DNA of 64,000 nt from the NCBI RefSeq assembly GCF_009914755.1, contig NC_060928.1; one strand, written 5' to 3'. Position 1 is the first letter of the stretch. The number at the start of each line of letters is the position of its first letter. This DNA is from the human T2T-CHM13v2.0 reference genome, Homo sapiens. A program made the translations under genes and the position numbers. The notes beneath the pieces were generated by a model. The model saw only the letters and a program-made list of their open reading frames with translations. It did no database searches and was not told the DNA's origin. Positions 59,701 to 64,000 of the stretch are shown here, in pieces.

Positions 59701-61367
59701 CTATTTATTGTCTCAATCTTCATTGCTTAAAGTCAGGAAACAACAAACACATTCATATTTGTGGCAAAACATCTACCTACTCATGACATGGCAAATAGTC
59801 ATTTTACAATAACAATACAGTACAATATGATCGTGCTACTTTCATGGCTAGGAATGAAGTTGTTGGGTTTCTCTTTCAGAGCTACCCCTAAAGGCATTCA
59901 CTTTATATTCTCTGAAGAGAACCAGCTAACCAGGCGGAACATCCACTAAGAATCTTCCACATAACCAGACCCCAGGAGCTTGCCTATTGCCCATACCAGA
60001 GAGGCCCATTTGGAAATACACCATCTGGTCTCTTGAGCACAGACCTGGAGTGTGGGATTCAGCTTGGCTGGCTCCAAAGCTGGCCCCTACTGATCAGCCT
60101 GAGATCCCCAGCCTGCACAGGCTGATTCCACTGCCAACACGTGGCCCCATGTGGGTCCTGGCGGGGGTTCCTTTGGTAAAGTACTGGGAGAGGAAGGAGT
60201 CTTCCTATCTGAGTATCTTGGGTTGTGATTTGGTGTGGGCTGCACTGGCAGTGCAATAGCAGCAACTCAACAAAACAGGACTGTTACACAAGCGGGGCGG
60301 AAGGCAGGTGGGCTGGCAGGGAAGTTGGTATTCGATTACTTGAAATATTAAGTTGTCCAGAGGGCAAGGACACGCACAAATCAAAGGGCCACCTCTAGGT
60401 TTCAAAGCAGGTCGAGATCTGTGTAAAGTCCCCTTTGACTTCATAAAATCTCACTTCAAAAATTCTACCGAATGCTCATCAGACGGAAATAACTGTTTCA
60501 TCCCTCTAAAGGATGAAATGAAAAGCACCAGTCTTTGGCCTGCCTGCTGGTTACCCACAAACTCAACGGGTGGGTTCTGAGAAGCAGATGAGCCATGAAG
60601 AGCATCAAACAAGCATTACTGCTCTGGCCACCACCAGGGTCACCTTTGAACCGTAAGAAAGAGGGAAAAACTCCTTTGAGTCACTCCTGGGCCTACAGCC
60701 TGTGCTGGGTCTAGACATGTGTCACCAGAGTATTGTCTTTGTGGCAGAGGAAGCAATGTCAAACACTAAATTGTTAACATATCCATGACAAGCATTCATA
60801 TGAGCCAACAAAATCACCAAGGTTCTGCTATTAAGGAGGATTCAGGAAGACTGGGCATTACTTTCAGGAAACTGGGATGACTCAAAATAGCACTGCTGAG
60901 TGTTACAAGATTTTTAAACTAATAATCAGCAAATCTTTTCAGCAGACTTTTGGCTTTAAGAGTTCTTACCAAAAAGATTGCTAAAGTGGAATGAGAGGGG
61001 CTCAAAGTTTTTTTTTATTTCATTATAAGTGCTGTCCCATCTTATCCAATTGTCTTCTTCCTCATCAAAAAGCGGGGGGGAAGCATATTACATTTCTAGA
61101 TGATAAGAGTAAATGCTGTACTCTTTTCTCAGAAATTACAGGCTTTAAGATTTTTTTTTAAATGGTAGAATGGGCATGTCATGCAGTTAGCCAATAAATG
61201 CAATCCCTGATTAAAATGTGAGTTCTAAAAGTTTGAAAACATCTAACTATTTCAGTGCTTTTTAATTTCAGAGCTCTGAGCCTGGCTTTGATTTGTTTGT
61301 TGATTTTTCTTGGTCCTCTTTTGTGAGAGCTAATGCTACATTTCTCTTAGTTTCACCCACCACACCT
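56760..61367 (-). other. LGI2: Probable long 3' UTR of LGI2
   Basis: Follows the stop codon; mostly unique apart from a MIR at ~58255-58410; further AATAAA at 61014-61019, 59704-59709 and near 58067. Confidence 0.65.
56781..56786 (-). promoter_or_regulatory. Probable distal poly(A) signal (AATAAA) of LGI2
   Basis: tttatt on the + strand at the end of a ~4.6 kb nearly repeat-free stretch after the stop; interspersed repeats resume beyond it. Confidence 0.6.
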
Positions 61368-62185
61368 TCACAAACTTAAGTCAACAATTATATGTTCAAA
61401 AATCTTTGTTTTCCCTTTGAAACTGGATGCAAAAAAGAAATCTCTCCTGTCGGTGGAGACAGCTGTGAATGAACGAGGCGCCTGCACGTAAATCTCCTTA
61501 AACTTTTTGAATAGCTGCTTCTCTTTATCCCACTGGTATATCTGAGAGAATGTATAGTCACTCCCCAGGGCCAGGTAGTGATTATCTTTAAAAGAAAAGG
61601 GCTGCAGGGTCATGGCCCCCCGGGATGGAAGAGCTTGGATCTCCACAAACTGCTTACTGTTCCACCTCATGACCCGGGAGTCCCCGATGAAGCGGGTAAG
61701 GGAAAGGTAGAGGGTATTTTGCATTCGGAAGCTCTTCACAGCCAGTACGTCCTCCATGTTGGGGATGTCACCATGGGGGACAAACTTCTTAGAGCTTTTA
61801 TTCCACTGGAGGATGATGGGGACCTGGGAGCGGCTGGACAGGATGAGATGCGATTTTCCATCGATATCAACAAACTCCGCATCCGTGTCCCTGAACCACT
61901 CGTGCAGTGACTGGTAAGAATAGAATCCTTTGCTGTTCCATTTATAAACTGTGGACAGACCAGCCTTTGAGCTGTCTGCGATGACAAAGAACGTCTCGTC
62001 GTCGATCTGAAACAGCTCGATGTCATTGGGCTTGGAAATGCGAGAGACCTCTATGTCTTGGAATTTGACAAATTTGGTCCAACTCTCGTCGTATTTGTAA
62101 ATGTGAGAGCCACCGAAGAGCTGGGCTACCACCACAAAGACCTGATCATCGATGAGAATGGCCTTACAGCCCACGATGGACTGAC
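61368..62185 (-). CDS. LGI2: LGI2 (leucine-rich repeat LGI family member 2), last coding exon, EPTP/EAR repeats
   Basis: GQSIVGCKAILIDDQVFVVVAQLFGGSHIY...LALGSDYTFSQIYQWD...FEHIIVDLSL-stop; acceptor ctctcctttattttggagcacAG at 62187-62186 (phase 1). Confidence 0.96.
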
Positions 62186-62218
62186 CTGTGCTCCAAAATA
62201 AAGGAGAGGACATTAGTG
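62186..62218 (-). promoter_or_regulatory. LGI2: 3' splice site, pyrimidine tract and branch point of the last LGI2 intron
   Basis: Minus strand CACTAAT (62218-62212) ... tcctctcctttattttggagcacAG. Confidence 0.85.
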
Positions 62219-62229
62219 CAACTACAGCT

Positions 62230-63240
62230 AAAAACGCATCTCCGCTTGTACTCTTATACACTGCTGGTGGGAGTGTGAAATGGCACAGCCACTATGGAAA
62301 ACAGTATGGTGGTTCCTTGAAAAATTAAACATGGAATTACCCTATGAGCCAGCAATTCCACTTCTTTGTATATACCCAAAATAATTGAAAGCAGTGACTC
62401 AAAGAGATATCTGTACACCTAATGCTATAGACCAAATGTTTGTGCTCTCTCCAAATGCATATGATGAAACCTCATCTCCAATGTGATGGTATTTGGTGGT
62501 GGGGCCTTTGGGAGGTGATTAGGTCATGGGAGCAGAGTCCTCAGGAATGGGATTAGTGCCTTCCAACTCCCTCTGCCCTTTCACCACATAGACACAGCAA
62601 AGAGGTGGCCAGCTATGCAGTGGGTTCTTGCCACATACCAAATCTGCCAATGTCTTGATCTTGGACTTCCCAGGCCCAGAACTATGAGAAATAAATTTCT
62701 GTTGCTTATAAGCCACTCAGTCTACGGTATTCTGTTGCAGCAGCCCAAACAGACTAAGACACCTATAACATCATCCTTCACAATAGCCGAAAGGTGGAAG
62801 CAACCCAAGTTGCTTCAATGGACAAATAGATAGACAAAATGTGGCATATACATAAAATGGAATATTATTCAGCCCTAAAAGGAGGAAAATTCTGACATAT
62901 GCTACAACATGGATGGACTTTGAGGGCATTAGGCTAAGTGAAATAGCCAGTCACAAAAAGACGAATACTATATGATTCCACTTATATGAGGTACCTAGAG
63001 CAGTCAGATGCATAGAGACAGAAAGGCAAAGAGTGGTTTTCAGGGGCTGTGGGATGGGGCAAATGAGGAGTTGTCATTTAATGGCACAGAGTTTCAGTTT
63101 TTCAAGATGAAAAGCGTTTGGACGTTAGTTGTACAACACTGTGAATGTACCTAATGCCACTGACCAGTATACTAAAACATGGTTAAGACAGTACATTTTG
63201 TGCTATGTGTATGTTGCCACAATTAAAACAATTTTTTTAA
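62230..63240 (+). mobile_element. L1MB-like 3' end in the LGI2 intron (antisense), split by a MaLR LTR
   Basis: ctgctggtgggagtgtgaaatggcacagccactatggaaaacagt...; tgccacaattaaaa end. Confidence 0.88.
62423..62761 (+). mobile_element. MSTD/MLT1A-like LTR
   Basis: tgctatagacc...cagactaagaca; near-TSD cctaa/cctat. Confidence 0.85.
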
Positions 63241-63699
63241 GTTGTTTAAAAATGTGCTTCCGTAGAAATGGCTGAGTGAGGTCTTCAGGGCCTCTGGAGT
63301 CCTCAGAGGCAGGCATACAATTCAGGAAACTCACTAACGCACCAAGGGAATTATCATCATGTTTTTAAATAAAGCTACATTAATTAGCTTGATTTAGCCA
63401 TTCCACAATGTATACATATTTCAAAACAACATTTTATACACAAATAAATAGATACAATTTTAATTTGTCAGTTTAAAAAATGTGTATCCTTGAAAAAAAA
63501 AAAGTATTTCCTGACTCCATATGGCAGAAGGAGGCAGTTAAACAGGCTTCTCCTGGGGTGGTGGGGGGTTGCGGGGGGTAAGGGATGATAAAAAGGCAGG
63601 AGTGAGGTCTCAGAGGCAGGAGAAAAAGATTTCTGAGTGTTCTTGAAGACATTTGGGCTCTTTTGATTTCCAGAGCTAAAGGAAGCCAAGTGGAGGCAG

Positions 63700-63965
63700 A
63701 AAGAGTAGGATTAAACCTTATGACACAGACCAGGTGGCCTAGGGTTCAAAGCCCAGCCCCGCACCTTGTAAGCTTTCTGACCCTGTGCTGGTTAACCCAA
63801 CTCTCTGTGCTCAAGTTCCTCATTCGTAAAATGAGACTGAAGATGCTGCCAGCACTGATCTTACAAGTGACTATAAGGATGAAATGAGATCATTCATGGC
63901 AAGCGTTTTTAGCATGGAGCACTGGCACCTAGCGGGTGATTGCTCATTAGTGGCTATCATTATTG
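63700..63965 (+). mobile_element. MIR
   Basis: cctagggttcaaagcccagc...ttcctcattcgtaaaatgag...ggatgaaatgagat...ctggcacctag. Confidence 0.7.
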
Positions 63966-64000
63966 AACAATTGAAGCAATTGTCACTATAATCACAAGAC

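Noticed and set aside
61578-62026. Overlapping 110 aa (+) and 96 aa (-) ORFs
   Set aside because: Shadow frames of the LGI2 exon with no independent support.
62186-62261. N-terminal 25 aa (MYKSTSGDAF...) of the 297 aa ORF
   Set aside because: Intronic read-through upstream of the splice acceptor at 62186; not part of LGI2 protein.

Overview
Primate (very probably human) genomic DNA, dominated by transposable elements. The only host protein-coding sequence is the last exon of LGI2 (minus strand, 62185-61368, EPTP/EAR repeats). It is followed by a probable ~4.6 kb 3' UTR ending near an AATAAA at 56786-56781. The rest is intergenic or intronic. It holds two young 5'-truncated L1PA copies, several old L1M fragments, about 15 Alus, many MaLR LTRs (THE1/MST/MLT1, often nested), MIR/L2 and hAT MER elements, and an ancient ERV-L pol relic. 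It also holds a ~5.9 kb decayed HERV-S/HERVL18 (LTR18) provirus with a tRNA-Ser PBS and a gamma-type env. A CpG-enriched unique island near 38.0-38.1 kb carries a minus-strand splice donor and may be a distal first exon (CCDC149 from recalled gene order, unverified). I found no novel multi-gene system. The most interesting signals are repair and retrotransposition scars: a ~325 bp inverted duplication inside a polypurine tract, an in-frame deletion with hairpin-templated filler in an L1, an apparent serial L1 3' transduction, a tail-less tail-to-tail Alu pair, and an AT-rich fold-back palindrome. Repeat subfamily names are from recognition by eye and boundaries of old repeats are approximate.
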